DNA of 64,000 nucleotides from Eledone cirrhosa (GCA_964016885.1 OZ024743.1:33666001-33730000); one strand, 5' to 3'; counted from the first letter of the stretch, positions 1-14,218 are shown. Program-made: numbers and translations. Notes: generated by a model not told the origin, from the sequence alone.

Positions 1-193
1 ATAATATTGAAATACTTTCGTATTTTCTACACGTGTGTGTGAAAGGTAAATGGAAACAATAATGCAGTACAATGAAGATATATATATATGTATTGTACTG
101 CATAATTGTTTATATATATATATATATATATATACACATGTGTGTATGTATGTGTATATATATATATATATATGTGTGTGTGTTAGCTTAATG

Positions 194-491
194 CAGAGGT
201 TCTCAAAGTGGGGCGCTAACCCCCCCCCCCCCCGGGGTGGGTGTTGAGAATGTCCGGGGGGGGGGGGGGGGCTGGAGCCATGGGAGGCAGTAGAGATGAT
301 ATACTAGTATACCAAATATCAAATTATATATAGTATATATATAAATAATATTCATATATACATAGTATATATTATATATCAATTAATATTATTTGCTATA
401 TATTATTTACAATTTGCATGTAGACAGTTCGCTCTGGAAATAGGGGTGGGGGCCGAAGGAGGCAGTAGCCCCAAAAGTTTAAGAACCTCTG
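194..491. mobile_element. hAT-type MITE
   Basis: TIRs CAGAGGTTCTCAAA / TTTAAGAACCTCTG; 8-bp TSD GCTTAATG / GTTTAATG. Confidence 0.85.
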
Positions 492-657
492 GTTTAATGT
501 GTGATATAGTAAGAAATATGTCTTTACGTTTCATATACTAGTCCTTCATCAAAAGGTAGAATGAGAAATAAAATAAAAAATAAAGCTAGAGAGTGAGAAG
601 AAGCAACAGAAAAGCATATGTGTGTTGAATCTGCCATTAAATATATATATGTATATA

Positions 658-848
658 TAACGAAGGAGTTGTAAGGAACCAGATGGACCATAACGCACCA
701 GAGTACTCAATACTTAGGGTAGTAGAGTGGGTAATAGGGAAATGTATGATCTCAACGGCAGAGCTCAAGCCGTTTCGACGGCTATTTCTGGACTCCAGAA
801 ATAGCCGTCGAAACGGCTTGAGCTCTGCCGTTGGAGTCACACATTTTC
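658..848 (-). mobile_element. Fold-back element, probably derived from a Penelope-like pseudo-LTR (copy 1)
   Basis: Perfect 40-bp inverted arms 753-792 / 794-833 extending imperfectly; about 85-nt unpaired tail; flanked by (TA)n; near-identical to 13351-13548. Confidence 0.65.
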
Positions 849-969
849 TTATATATATATTGTGATTAAACCAGTATAAAACTAGTTAGATCATTATCCA
901 ACAGAGTACTTGATACTTAGGTTAGTGGGTCTGAAAAGCAAGAGCTCAGTTGTCAAAACCAGACTCTTT

Positions 970-1009
<40 letters not shown>

Positions 1010-4000
1010 TACACAGCGCTGCATAAAAAGAGTAGGAAGTATCACCACAACCATATATTTCTTTATGATAAACAGTAGGCATTCAAACAAACAGAGTGAC
1101 TGTTATATTCAGTTTCACATTATTATTATTTTCCAACAATGACATTATTTCCTGGACTGTTCTCTATAGCTGTTAAAGTCTATTGTTGGCCTTTTCTTAT
1201 AGGTTGTGTTGTAGGTATCTTTTATTGCCATTGTTCTTCAGTTTTATTCTTTTTATCTATCTCTTTCTTCAACTATTTTCCCTCTTTTACTTGTTGATGT
1301 TAACTTTATTACAGTTTCTTTCATTCTTACATTGAAATTGAATTATTTTTCGTACTTCCTTATTCTTGTTAGAATATAAGACAAACTATTTTACAATATT
1401 TTTTCCTGTTCTCTGCATTCCAGGTTCAAATCTTTCCATGGCCAACTTTGCTTTCATCCTTTAGGGTTTCATAAATAAATTGCTAGTCCAGCATTAGGGA
1501 TTGGTGGAATTGTTAGAACACTGGATGAGATGTCTTGTGCTATTTGTTCTGGCTCTTTGTCTTCTGAGTTTAAATCCTACAATGGCCTATTTGGGTGTTA
1601 AACATAACCAATCACCTGGCACTTTAGTGATTTGACAGAGTCCACACATGTAAGCAGCTCCCTGATTTGAGGATGCCTTTACCTTTCACCCACACCAGTC
1701 TTGGAGGCTTTGAAAGGGTCTGAACACTGCTCTTCATTATGTGGTTCAAAGTTAAAAAAAGAGAAAAGAAAAAAGAAAAGAAAAAAAGACAGTTGATATA
1801 TAAAAGGGGTTTGGATTTTTGCCCATTTCTCAAACATGAAACAGGGGAGTCTGCTTATCTTCAGATCAGCTTATATTTGAGTATATATGGTAATTGAGCC
1901 ATGTAAATGCCCTTTAGAAATAGCATCCAAATGCTCCTTAAATTGTACACTAGACTCTTAAATATAGATGGAAACAGTAGACAATCTAAGGTGGTCGATG
2001 TCAGAGCCATTTAACCTTGGACAAAATGCATTGCAATATCTGTTTTATCTCTTTGTAGTTTATTCCTGTCAAAAGTCTACCATACCTTTCATACTATCTG
2101 TAACTTAATGGACTAACCAAAAGCAGTTGATAAAGAAAATACAAATGCTAGTGGAGCCTGCTCTTCTTCTAGCTATCACATCCTGCCTGTTTTACTGAGT
2201 GAGGTTGAGAGGGTCAACAGTGTGTGTGGGCCGTCTTGTAGCTATAGGAGTATATAATCATTAACAAAAGTGTGGCACATGCTACCAAGTCAACTTTGGT
2301 ATATTAGACAATAGAGTCCTTGACACACAAAATAACTGGATAGACATGGGTGTGACACCTTTGATCATATGTTTACTCAAGCAGAGTTTCCTTGAGGTTA
2401 AATAACAATGATAACTTTAAACTGTGATTAGCTTAGCCTCACAACCATTGTGCCTCGATAATTTTTAAATTGTTTATATATATTTATTATATATGGGAAG
2501 TACAAAGTATGCATCTAGGGAAGCCCCCAGCCTACACTGTAAAATGGCTATGTAGGTGTCATGACAAAAATCACCCAGCCCACACTGTAAAGTGGTTGTG
2601 TTGGTGACAACAAAAGCACCCAGTCCACACACACTGTAAAATGGTTGTGCTGGTCACTCGACAAAAAGCAACCAGTGTTCACTGCAAATGAGGTTGGCGT
2701 TAGGAAGGGTATCCTGCTGTAGAAATAGCCAAAATCAGTTCTGTATACACAAGACATAGTCACCTGACCTAGCATTGTCCACAACAGGACAACACATCTA
2801 ACCCGTGCTAGCATGGACAAATCGACATAAAACTGTGATGATGATATATATCAAATAGCTAATGAATGAAAAAAGAAAAAAGCATTTTTTTTTATTTTTG
2901 AAAATATAATTCTTCTAAAACAATGTTAGTGAAGTATATATAGGCTGCACAAATGCATAAAATATTGCTGTACTATTTGAGATGAAGGTGAAATTGTTTC
3001 TTCTACTATTTGAGTAAATGATTGGACTTGTTTCTCACACCTACAGCAGTCTACTTTACTTTCCAAACCATTGGATATACAATTAAGAACACCTTTTACT
3101 ATAATTAAGGATGAATTATATCTACAGATAACTATTGGCCTTTTGAATTCGAGTGAGTTTAATAACTTCCAAAACATCAAGGAATTGACCTAAGTTGTGA
3201 AAGCAAGTGTACAGTGAACAGTTCATTTTCTTTTATACACTATCATTAAATGAAAAGTAAATGGCAAGCCACAAGAATAGAAAAACAATGATGACATGTT
3301 TTAAAGTTCACAACTTTGATTTCCATTCCTCAAGCTTGAATAAGCTCAGTGTTTAATTGATTGTTAAAAAGAGTCCAATCAAAACCAATTTCTTATAGGA
3401 GTAGATGTTAGAAAATCTTTTATAGTAGTTTCTTTTGTGAAATTGAAGATATTTAATTGAATTTGAGGATATTGATTCAGAATTTGTATTTTACTCGGTT
3501 TTTTTTTGGTTTTTTGTTTTGTAATCTACCAATATTGAATATATGTAATTGGAATAACTTGGATCATTAGTGATTTAGTTTTCATTCAAGTTCACTTGAC
3601 AATCTATCAAGTACAACAGTTGTTGACCAATTAACTATTTTTATCACCTGTTATTCTACACTTGTTTTGTCACTATGCACTGCAAGGAAATAGACCAACA
3701 CAGAACACAATGAAAGCTGATATGAAGTATTCTCAGAGTATTCTAATTACTCTATTTTAATGTTAGTGTGAGTCCTTGTCAGGATAGAATGCCACATTTG
3801 TTTTGTTTTCATTACCACTAATAGAAGTACCCTATATCATTGTTTTGAAGACCCTGAAATCGAAGTTAATTAGCTAATATGTTTAGTTTGTTTGAATGAA
3901 TCTAACTGGTGAGCCATTCTTGTCACTGGCTTCCATGATTTAGTAGGAATTCAAGTAATTGACAGAAATTAGTATAATAATGATTTATATATCAATCTAC

Positions 4001-4119
4001 TTTTCTTCCTTCATTTCCTACGTACCAATAAAAATGTTCAAGTGAACATTGGCCATTTAAAAGCTATCTATGTATATGAGTTGTTGTATTTCTTTGGAAG
4101 TACTATCAGCAATCTATAC

Positions 4120-4275
4120 CAGTGGGTTCTACAAATGTGTGTCTGGAGTTCCGTGAAAAAAGGTAGAGGAGTATATTTATATTATGACCATATAACATTA
4201 TTAGACTTTGGGGTTCCCCCCAAAAGTTCCTGAACCAAAAAGGGTCCTGCGTTTTTAAAAGTTTAGGAAACCCTG
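4120..4275. mobile_element. hAT-type MITE
   Basis: CAG...CTG imperfect TIRs; perfect 8-bp TSD ATCTATAC (4112-4119, 4276-4283). Confidence 0.85.
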
Positions 4276-4744
4276 ATCTATACAACTTCAATGTGGTATG
4301 TAATGCCATACTTTCCAATTTGAATACCTTTTGAACTGATGTGGGGACTAAGTATTTCTGAATAAGATTAACCCTTTCATAGCCCTATTCTAATAAAACA
4401 CTCCTTGTTTCAATTAATTAATGAAGAATTTCGAGGGCTTTACTAAAATTATTATTTCATTACTAAAACAGTAACCTAAAATGTGGTTCTTATATAAAAT
4501 TACGTTGGAAGATTTGAATTTAAATAAGAACATTTTATAATGGGTGGTTTTTATTCATTGAATTTGACTGGGTTGGATAAAACGGGTTAATCCTTTTTAT
4601 ATCAAACTTACCTTACAAAAATGTTTATATTCATTTAAAAACTTCCATCATAGTTTTAAATACCAACTTAATATTGAGAAAGTTAGTTGTATTACTAAAT
4701 CCTTTAAATTTCTTTTTTTATTATTTTCAAAATCCTGAGAAGGG

Positions 4745-4949
4745 TTAAACTTTTAGCTTTTAAATCAACCAGAATTATCTCACCTCTTTCTGTTCAAACT
4801 CGCTATAACCAGCCTCTCATACTGATGTTAAGGTATTGTTCTCAAAATAAATTATATAAAAATTTCATTGATTCAATATTATGTGAGATAAAGCCTTTAC
4901 CATGAAAATATAATAGTAAATATAGAGTATGTAAATGCTAAACGGTTAA
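4745..4949 (+). mobile_element. TTAA-ended (piggyBac-type) MITE family A
   Basis: Degenerate TTAACCCTTTAGCATTTA TIRs and the shared body TCTCACCTCTTTCTGTTCAAAC. Confidence 0.8.
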
Positions 4950-6199
4950 GGCATTGAGAGTTACTATATTTTAAATATATCAAACTCATGACAGTATGAA
5001 ACAATGATGATGATGCTTTGATTTTATCTAATTTATTCTTTATGGAGCAGGATTAACATTTAAAGACAATTAGTACAGGCTTAGTGCATCAAAGAAAGAG
5101 GGCACCATTTCATTCAAATTATATATTTAGTGATTTGAATCACACATGCACATACCATCTGAGTAGATTTAATTAAAATCCAATATATTATAACATTTCC
5201 AAAATTGTTATGAAGGAAATGTTTCAAAAGTGGGATTTTTTTCCACATCAGTTTGTCATGATCTCAGGCTTCATTATTCTTCATTATAATTCACTAACAA
5301 ATCATGCCAGAAAAATGACATAAATTTATGATGATGATGATGATGATGATGGGAGTGATGGTGATGAAGAATAATATTGATGCAGCTATTCAATGTTTTA
5401 GCAAATTATTTTCCCAGCTCTGAACATGTGGTTAGAATGTCTCTGGCAAGAATTGTTGGACAGATTTTATGGGTAAAACCAAATGGCAGGATGCCCAGGG
5501 GAAACTCTGAACAAGATGGTTGGATAACATCCATGAGCTCAGTTGGTCTGACTTGGGGATCCGACTGGATCAATTGGAGACTGTTGCTTCTGATAAGTCC
5601 CACTGGAAGGTAAATTTGTGAATTCTGCCCCTATGACCCTTCCAGGAATAAGTGGGCGAAGTAGATGAAAAAGATCTACCCAGCTTTTGTTAGTTACATC
5701 AGTTGTAATGCTTTTACATTTTGTTTGAATATACATAGCAACAAAGTTAACTATGTAAATATTCCAAACTAATTAATTAAAACTTTTTCTCTTTTGGGTT
5801 GAGTTTGAATAGAATACACTAACCTTTCACAATCTATGTTCAAGATGAAAGCAGTTAATATGCTACTGTTGAGGATTTCACTAAAACGTCATACATTAAA
5901 TATTTTCACATCTCTGAGATAACTAACAAATGAGAGGTCAATATAATACCAATAATATCAATATTCATCCTGTATTCAGCTTTTTAATAAATACTCATAA
6001 GTGCATTATTTGAAATAGCTATTGTGAATGTTAATCACATTACTCTCTTGCTTTGCTTTCTTTGTATCTATAAATATTTCTGTCAATATGGTATCATGAT
6101 GTCCTTTTTGAAGCAATATTTGAAGCACTATTTTGTCACCTCTTAGTTCATGCAGATAGATACTGTGTATCTATTCTAAACCAGTATACACACTGAAAC

Positions 6200-6605
6200 C
6201 GAAGTAAAAAGTTTGTGCTGTATGCTTACGAAGTATCATGATTGATGGGAGAAGGACATGGGTAATGAATGTGGAGCATCAGAGAAGAATGGAAATGAGA
6301 ATAGTTCAGTAGATGAGTGAAGTATCACTGAGTGGAAGACAATGAATTGTAGAGAATAATAGGAATGGAATCAGGGATGAATATTGTGAAGAGAAATTCA
6401 ATAGGATGACTGGATCATGTTTTGAGGAAGGAGGAAAATGACTGAGTGAAGGAAGTGATGGAAATTAATGTGGAAATAATTAGGGGAAGACCAAGAAAGA
6501 CATGACTAAAGATGGAAGAAGAACTGAAAGCTGGGGGTAGAGGTTAATAAGAGTGGATGCTGACAATAGGGAAATATGAAAAAGCTTGCATATTCAACCT
6601 TGTCA
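6200..6605 (+). mobile_element. Old decayed RTE-like RT C-terminal fragment (another lies at about 5400-5620)
   Basis: Remnants LYAYEV, W.GHVLR-like, RGRPRKT* in purine-rich sequence. Confidence 0.5.
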
Positions 6606-7754
6606 AATATTTCATTAACAAATTATGAATTAACAGCTCTAGTTCTATTATGAAACAAAACCACCCAAACCACACATTTTGAAGGGTTCTCACCTAAATT
6701 TAAATTTTCCAGCATAATTTTAGTAAATCCCTCAAAATTTTGCATTAATTCAAATTGTATGTATTTCATTAGAAATAGGGTCACAAAAGGGTTATATATT
6801 ATGAGAAACAATTTGAAATAGAAAATAACCACAGCCTATTAACAGGACTCAAATCAATTGCTTGCTAAGTGACCATGTTAGCTATTTATTACACTATAGA
6901 ACACCTGCCATTGACCTCTTCTCAAATCAGGTACTCTAAATCTTTATTTCTGATATTTTTAGGGATGTTATTTTAAATTTACAATATAATTTGTCAGCAT
7001 CTTAGCATTATCAAGATAGATTATTTTACCACAAACCTGCCAACTAAAAACTCTAATGGGAAGTACCATTGTATTTTCACCCAGCCCAAAGGGGGTGGGA
7101 GATATCCTTGCCCGATGGGGAGAGTTGACGGGTCTGTTTTACCAATATCCAACATAACAGAGTATCTCATCTTATTTCAGTGTTTGAAAAGTGAAAGAAA
7201 ACTATTCTTTTTTTTTTTTTTTTTTTTTTTTATATTACACTGTGGCCATACCTATCCCAGTACTTATTTTTTTTCAAGCCTGGTTTTTATTGTATTGATA
7301 TCTTTTTCTTAAATCATTAAGTTACAAGATATAAACACAGATACCAATACACACATGCACATGTGCACACGACAGGCTTCATCAGTTTCTCCTGATCAAA
7401 TTTCACTCATAAAACATTGCTCAACCCATGGCTATTGTAGAGTACACATACTCAAGTTGTCATACAATGGGAGTGAACCTGAAACACTGTGAATCAAATT
7501 CTGATATTAACTTGTAATATTTTGTATGTAAATGATATTACACTGTATCTTTCTGGAACAAGTTCTGTTATTTTATACATAAACAAGAATTATATATAAA
7601 CATTTGAGTTTATACAGAGGTAGTTGATAACTGCTGATAACAAGTCAGGAACCGACAGTTCTGTGATACAAATCCAACTGAGATCAGCCAACTCATTTTG
7701 TCATTTGTACTTCTGTGAATGATAAAAACAAGAACTCATTCAATTACAACATGT

Positions 7755-7791
<37 letters not shown>

Positions 7792-7799
7792 CTACAGTG

Positions 7800-8690
7800 T
7801 TGGCCTCACAAAATATTTGATACTTCTGTGTCTTGAATGTGGTCTTTATCAGAACTGTCTCATAGTAACAAACCTATATTGTTCCCCAATGTTTGTTTTT
7901 CCCACTGTTAACTATTTAATAGTACAACAGCACTTGTTACATAAATCATATAGCCCAATATAATTCTCACTAAAAATATCTGAACAGTTAATTCATAATT
8001 CGATTCATCTGTTATTTCTCTTTGCAAACATTTAACTAATGTGGAATACCTGACTTTAGTGTACACTGGTAGAATATCCAAAGCTGGCACCTGGGTATTC
8101 AGCACTGTAGGTTAGTTCTACAATGTGCCCCCATTTTCCTAAATGAAATAATTTCAAATTACAGTTTGGTAAGCTGACGAATCTAGTTTTTGACTCTAAG
8201 AAAATTACTAAGCTTGTATTTTCCACTAAAGAATTCACACTCACTCATGCTAAATTAGGTGACAGGTCATAACACCAGGTGGCTCTCTCTCCACCACTTT
8301 GCCTATTTCCACAACAATGCTATGTGCCGAAGATGTTTAATGATTTATTCAATTATTGCCTGAAATTATTATATATTAAATTTAATTATACAAATTTGTA
8401 TAAAAATGTGATCATTTAAGGTTCAATAATGTGCCTCTCTGAGGTCTGTGCCTTACATGACTGCCTAGTTAGTCTAATGGTAGCACCAATCCTGAGATTA
8501 TCTATCCTAATAGTTATTGAAATCTCTTTCACAATTGTTTGTCATAGTCCTAGGCTTTATTATCAGTCTCTGTAAGCCATGGAATTGACAACAATAATGT
8601 GACAGCAAATCAATGTTTTGACATAGTTAACAAGAGCTGGACAGATAACTATGTCAGTGAAGTTTTATTTTTACAAATTTTCCTTCTGAT
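7800..8690 (-). pseudogene. Possible heavily decayed Gypsy gag-protease remnant
   Basis: Degenerate fragments in the expected order on the minus strand: RTMTNNCE (gag-like), RHIALL (knuckle-like), VSVNSLVENT (protease-like), LGTI. Weak, by eye only. Confidence 0.3.
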
Positions 8691-9285
8691 TGATTTTGTA
8701 TAGCACCATTCTAAAACATCTATGATTGCAACTGACATTTTATGTAAAACTGCAAAGCAGGTAATTAACGGAAGTTGATTAAATCAGTTATAAATCTTCT
8801 CCAACTATATAAATATTGACCTTGTGTTCAGCCAGAGGAAATCTTCTGTAATAGTCAATCTTCAGTTTTAAATAGTTTTACCATTTTTTCTTATATTTGT
8901 ATTTTCTTTTTTTTTTTCTGACATCATATTCAAGTGTTTGTAACTTTAACAACAGTAACAATCTGAGATAACATTGGCCGAGTCAGGAAAATATTGGATT
9001 AAATGCCTCAGTATTATTTCCAGCTCTCTGTACTGTGTTCAAATTCAACCGAGTTGAACTTTACCTTCCATCCTTTTAGGAACAATAAATAAAGTACCAG
9101 TCTATGGCCCGTGAATCTTTGTTATTTTATGTTACAAATACTATCTAAATAATGGAATAATTAATGATTTTAGTAAATCTTTCCAAATTTCTAATTAATT
9201 AATTCAAATACCATGTATTTCACTAGAAATATGGTCACAAAAGGGTTAAAAGAGGAAAAAAGAGATGTGGAGATGGCGGAAGGGG

Positions 9286-9333
<48 letters not shown>

Positions 9334-10029
9334 ATGGTTTTAAGTATCTTATATGATGATATTAGTTACTGTTATATCTCCTTCAACAATGTTAAATATA
9401 TAAAGAGCTGGGATTTATTCACCTAAAGGATTTAGATATGAAAAGACAGTAGTTATCATCAGCTTAGAAGGGGTTAAACAGATTGAAAGGAAAATGATAA
9501 CTTGTCTGTTCAGTAAATGGGATATGTGCAAGAAAGTCAATCACATGGAAAAGTAAGAGAAGAATGAATAAAATCACCAGAAATAGAGATAAAAATACTT
9601 GAAGGATATTGGTTTAAAAAATATAAAAAGAAATAAAAGTCAAAGAAGTTTGGAAATGACTTAGAAATCAACATTGATTCAATAATAAAGTCTAAAGAAA
9701 AATAATAAAATCAAGAAAAGTCTGCACCCCAACAGTTGGTTTTTGAGAACAATAAGTGAGGTTTACTACTATGTAATGGTACTTCTAATCAGTAGCAGCA
9801 TACTGTCTAATTTTGGTTCTCTTTTACAATATTTTAGAAATTTTCACTCACAACCCCCCCCCCTCTCTATCTTCATTTTTGTTTCTTCTATTTCTCTTTT
9901 TATTTCCATTCATCTTCCTTTATTTTTCTTTCTGCTTCTCTTCACTGGTTCTAAAATAATATGATCAGATGGACACATTATATATATATTTAGATTCCAT
10001 TTACCAGTGGTTTCTTAAAAGCAAAAAAT

Positions 10030-10063
<34 letters not shown>

Positions 10064-10086
10064 ATAATATGATCAGATGGACACAT

Positions 10087-10138
<52 letters not shown>

Positions 10139-10140
10139 TA

Positions 10141-10285
10141 TAGAAATGCTTCTACAGGACTTCCTGATGATTTCTCCCGAATGAAACAGCTCTAGTCCTG
10201 TAGAAGCCTTCCTATATTAAATATTTATACTCTGCTTTGTATTGAGTACTTTACTTACTGAGGTTACCCCCGAATGAACTTATAT
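10141..10285 (+). mobile_element. Penelope-like terminal repeat with hammerhead-like core and short inverted arm
   Basis: CTGATGA (10164) and GAAAC (10183) are enclosed by a perfect 14-bp inverted repeat (10148-10161 / 10194-10207); lies within (TA)n; second copy on the minus strand at about 19342-19410. Confidence 0.6.
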
Positions 10286-11102
10286 ATATAAATAAATAGT
10301 TGTCCATATAGTTTGTAAATGAAATAAAAAAATTCACATAGATATATATGTTAGGCTTGACAAGAAAAGATGCAGCTCCCCCCCCCCCTCTAGTGAAATT
10401 TTCTTCATCAACTACTCCCTTTTCAATATATATCCATTCTTATTTTATCTGGTTTTTAGCTTACCTAGATTATAAAAGTAATTTCTTGTTTCTTTCTCTT
10501 TCTCTATTTGTCTGTCTGTCTAACTGGTTCTGTATTTATCTACCTCTTTAGCTATATATATCTATCTATCTATCTATCCCTCCCTCTCTCTTATGCATGT
10601 GTGTGTGTGTTTATATATGTGTTAAATTATGATGATGATGATGATGAAGATATATGATTATTTTTGTGTTCTATTCTTTATCTTTACTCCATAATTTTAG
10701 CATTAAACAAGAAAATCCAACTCCAGTTATTTTCTCTTTTGTTTTATTTATTTTTTTAATTTTCCCAAACTATTATTTCTCTTTTGCCTCCCCCCATTTA
10801 ATCCCCCCCCCCACACTCCAATTGCAGTTTAGTATGTTATATTGTTGTTAATTAAGAGATGCATATCACACTCTATATTTTGTATATACCCACCACAAAC
10901 CCATCTCTATCTCTCTATCTCTCTCTCCATAACAAACAGAATCATCTACACAAGTGAACAAATGAGGGAAGTGGGAGAGTCGGGTAGTGAGGGGTGGGCA
11001 TAATAGCAAAGAAGCAAAACCACTATAGAATAGGAAACTAGAATTTGGTTGCTAGTATTATGATGTAGGATGTGGGAATATTTTTGATCTCTCTAAATAC
11101 TA

Positions 11103-11360
<258 letters not shown>

Positions 11361-11751
11361 AGACACAAACATAAACATTCATATATATATATGTACTAGT
11401 AGAATACAAATCAATCTATATTAAATTATCCTCGGGTATTTTATTAAGATTGTTCTTTTTGTTTATCTAGCAGATAATTCCAACTCAGAATGATTTTCTT
11501 CCGGGTTACTCCCATTTTCTGTCCCTACAATCACTAACTAGAGAAGTATTTAAAATGTTTGTGTTACTCCATCATCAACCTTATAACCATGCCTTATACA
11601 AATCTGAACTAAGGCACATAACAACAAACACTAACAAATCTTTTATATACAGACCACAAAAACATTTCTATTCTTGGGAATTCTATTTTACTAACAACTG
11701 GATATAGTGTGTTTTTTTAAAAAAGCACACAAACACACATACAAAAAAAAA

Positions 11752-11856
11752 ATGGATGTTTTACTAGGATGTGTGAGTTCAGAGAATGGGAACTCTCCAC
11801 TCAACACAGACAGTCAAAGGTTACGTCAGATATTACATTGTGACTGTATTTCTAAG
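11752..11856 (+). CDS. Candidate alternative first coding exon of the sif/TIAM gene
   Basis: aaaATGG start, 35 open codons (MDVLLGCVSSENGNSPLNTDSQRLRQILHCDCISK), then a consensus AAG|GTAAGA donor in phase 0, matching the phase-0 acceptor at 52762. Unique sequence between microsatellites. No homology evidence. Confidence 0.45.
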
Positions 11857-12064
11857 GTAAGAAACACCCCTCTACCAACACCACACCTGTATTGATGTGC
11901 ATGTGATGTGTACATAGTGGTGTATACTACATAGGTGTCATTTCAGACACGCACATCAGCATGAACATGTATTGGACGCAAAACATGTTTATATACATAC
12001 ACAAAGGGAGAATGCTGGTATATATGCAAACACACACATACACACATATCAACACACACACACA

Positions 12065-12122
<58 letters not shown>

Positions 12123-12235
12123 TTACAACAGTGACAGAAACAGGTACTCAAGTTTTGTTGGGTTTTGGGCCCCAATTCATTCAGCTTGTCACAAGAAAAA
12201 TATATATAAAATATTATACACACATGCCCACATAT

Positions 12236-12294
12236 ACATACATACATACATACATACATACATACATACATACATACATACATACATACATACA

Positions 12295-12322
<28 letters not shown>
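12236..12322. repeat. (TACA)n microsatellite
   Basis: Direct inspection. Confidence 0.95.
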
Positions 12323-12328
<6 letters not shown>

Positions 12329-12444
12329 GTTATGTAATAAACAACATAAGGCAATTATTCCATTTACCAGTGATTTCTTAAAAGCAAAAAATTTTGCTTT
12401 CAATCATCAGAATGAAAAAATCCTGGTCTGTATTCATACATATT

Positions 12445-12506
<62 letters not shown>

Positions 12507-12680
12507 ACTTTCTTATAGCCTTTTACTGATTTCAGTCATTAGACTGTGGATATACTAAGGCACAGCCTTAAAGAGATTTAGTCGGGTTTTTCCTATCTTT
12601 TCTATCTTTTTGTCAATCTGTTATGTTACAGGACATAAACAGTGAATGTAAAAAATGGAAACAGGCACTCATACACACTT

Positions 12681-12740
<60 letters not shown>

Positions 12741-12881
12741 ACAAGGTGGGACAAGTGATTGTGTTTTGCTCATATAAAACTGTTTCTGGGTAAGTTTCTA
12801 TGGCTGGATGCCCTTCCTAATGCCAACCACATTTACTGTGTGCTGGGTGCTTTTTTTCATAAAACTTACACATGCACACAC

Positions 12882-12911
<30 letters not shown>

Positions 12912-12914
<3 letters not shown>

Positions 12915-13056
12915 TCATTTTATGTCCACTTTTCCCTGCTTGCAAGGGTGGGACGAGTCCTATTCAGCACAGCATCTCCCCACTTGTCACGGTCCTTCAT
13001 CATCTCCTCCGCGAGCTTCAGTGATCTGAGGTCTGCTCTCACCACCTCCGCCCATG
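12912..13056 (-). mobile_element. 3' end of a second RTE family with no long 3' UTR. Relatives lie at about 15230-15285, 31670-31790 and 38400-38830
   Basis: Translates KTWAEVVRADLRSLKLAEEMMKDRDKWGDAV, homologous to the LINE ORF end, and runs directly into CCCTTGCAAGCAGGGAAAAGTGGACATAAAATGATGAT. Confidence 0.8.
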
Positions 13057-13309
13057 TTTTATATATATATATACATATGTATATATATATATACATATGT
13101 ATATATATATATTTTACATTTACCAAATTCTACTCAAAAGGCATTGGTCTACGTAAGGCTACAGTAGAAGGCAATTACTCAAGGTGCCACACAGTGGAAT
13201 TAAACCCAATATTACTTGGTTGCAAATCAAACTCCTTAACCATACAGTTTATGTCTCTGTATATGTGTATGCTAGCATGGAAGGTGGACGTTAAATGATG
13301 ATGATGATG

Positions 13310-13350
<41 letters not shown>

Positions 13351-13354
<4 letters not shown>

Positions 13355-13548
13355 ATGTATGACCCCAACGGCAGAGCTCAAGCCGTTTCGATGGCTATTT
13401 CTGAACTAGTCCAGAAATAGCCGTTGAAACGGCTTGAGCTCTGCCGTCGGGGTCATACATTTTCCTATTACCCACTCTACTACCCTAAGTATTGAGTACT
13501 CTGGAACATTATGGTCCATCTGGTTCCTTACCACACCTCCTTCATTAT
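13351..13548 (+). mobile_element. Fold-back element, probably derived from a Penelope-like pseudo-LTR (copy 2)
   Basis: 57-bp arms 13351-13407 / 13408-13464 with 4 transition mismatches, centred on ACTAGT; same tail as copy 1; abuts (TA)n. Confidence 0.65.
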
Positions 13549-13563
13549 ATGTCTGTATATATG

Positions 13564-13622
<59 letters not shown>

Positions 13623-14005
13623 TCTGATATATATATATATATCAGATGTTCTTCGTAAATAAAATAAAATAACAAAAAAGACAAACTCCATGAAATTAAG
13701 TGCTCAGTGCCTGGTATACTTAGTTTGTATATAACAGAACTGCACATGGGTTTGAAATAACATCATTAAACAGTAAAATAACTATTATAATAAAATTATA
13801 TATCTATGAATACAGGCTTAATATAAATCTTTCTAGCTAATACATAACTATTATATATGTATGTATGTGTGTGTGCGTGTGTGTGTATAAAGATAAAGAA
13901 ACGGTAGATATATATGGGGTGAGAGAGATGTTATATTGTGTTTATGTATGAGTGTGTGTGTGTGTACACACACATGTGAATAAAACTAGGATCCTTATTT
14001 CCTTG

Positions 14006-14218
14006 TTCACCCTTTAGCATTTAAAGCGGCTGTATCTGGCCAGAACTCCCTCACCTCTTTCTGTTCAAACCACCTGTAACTGGCCACTCATACTGATGTT
14101 AAGGTATTGTTCTCAAAATAAATATCAAAATCTCATTGATTCAATATAATGTCAGATAAAGTGTTTGCCATGAAAATACAATAGTATATATAGAGTAATG
14201 TAACTGCTAAAGGGCTAA
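14006..14218 (+). mobile_element. TTAA-ended MITE family A
   Basis: Same TIRs and body as the other copies. Confidence 0.85.

Noticed and set aside
8056-8110. Integrin FG-GAP-like peptide PGASFGYSTSVH on the minus strand
   Set aside because: Immediately followed by a stop, no other integrin exons are present, and the context looks like decayed LTR-element sequence.
8704-8760. Possible 57-nt phase-0 cassette exon (tatAG ... CAG|GTAATT; HHSKTSMIATDILCKTAKQ)
   Set aside because: Short, no homology, adjacent to probable TE remnant, and such sites arise by chance in 64 kb. RNA-seq would be needed.
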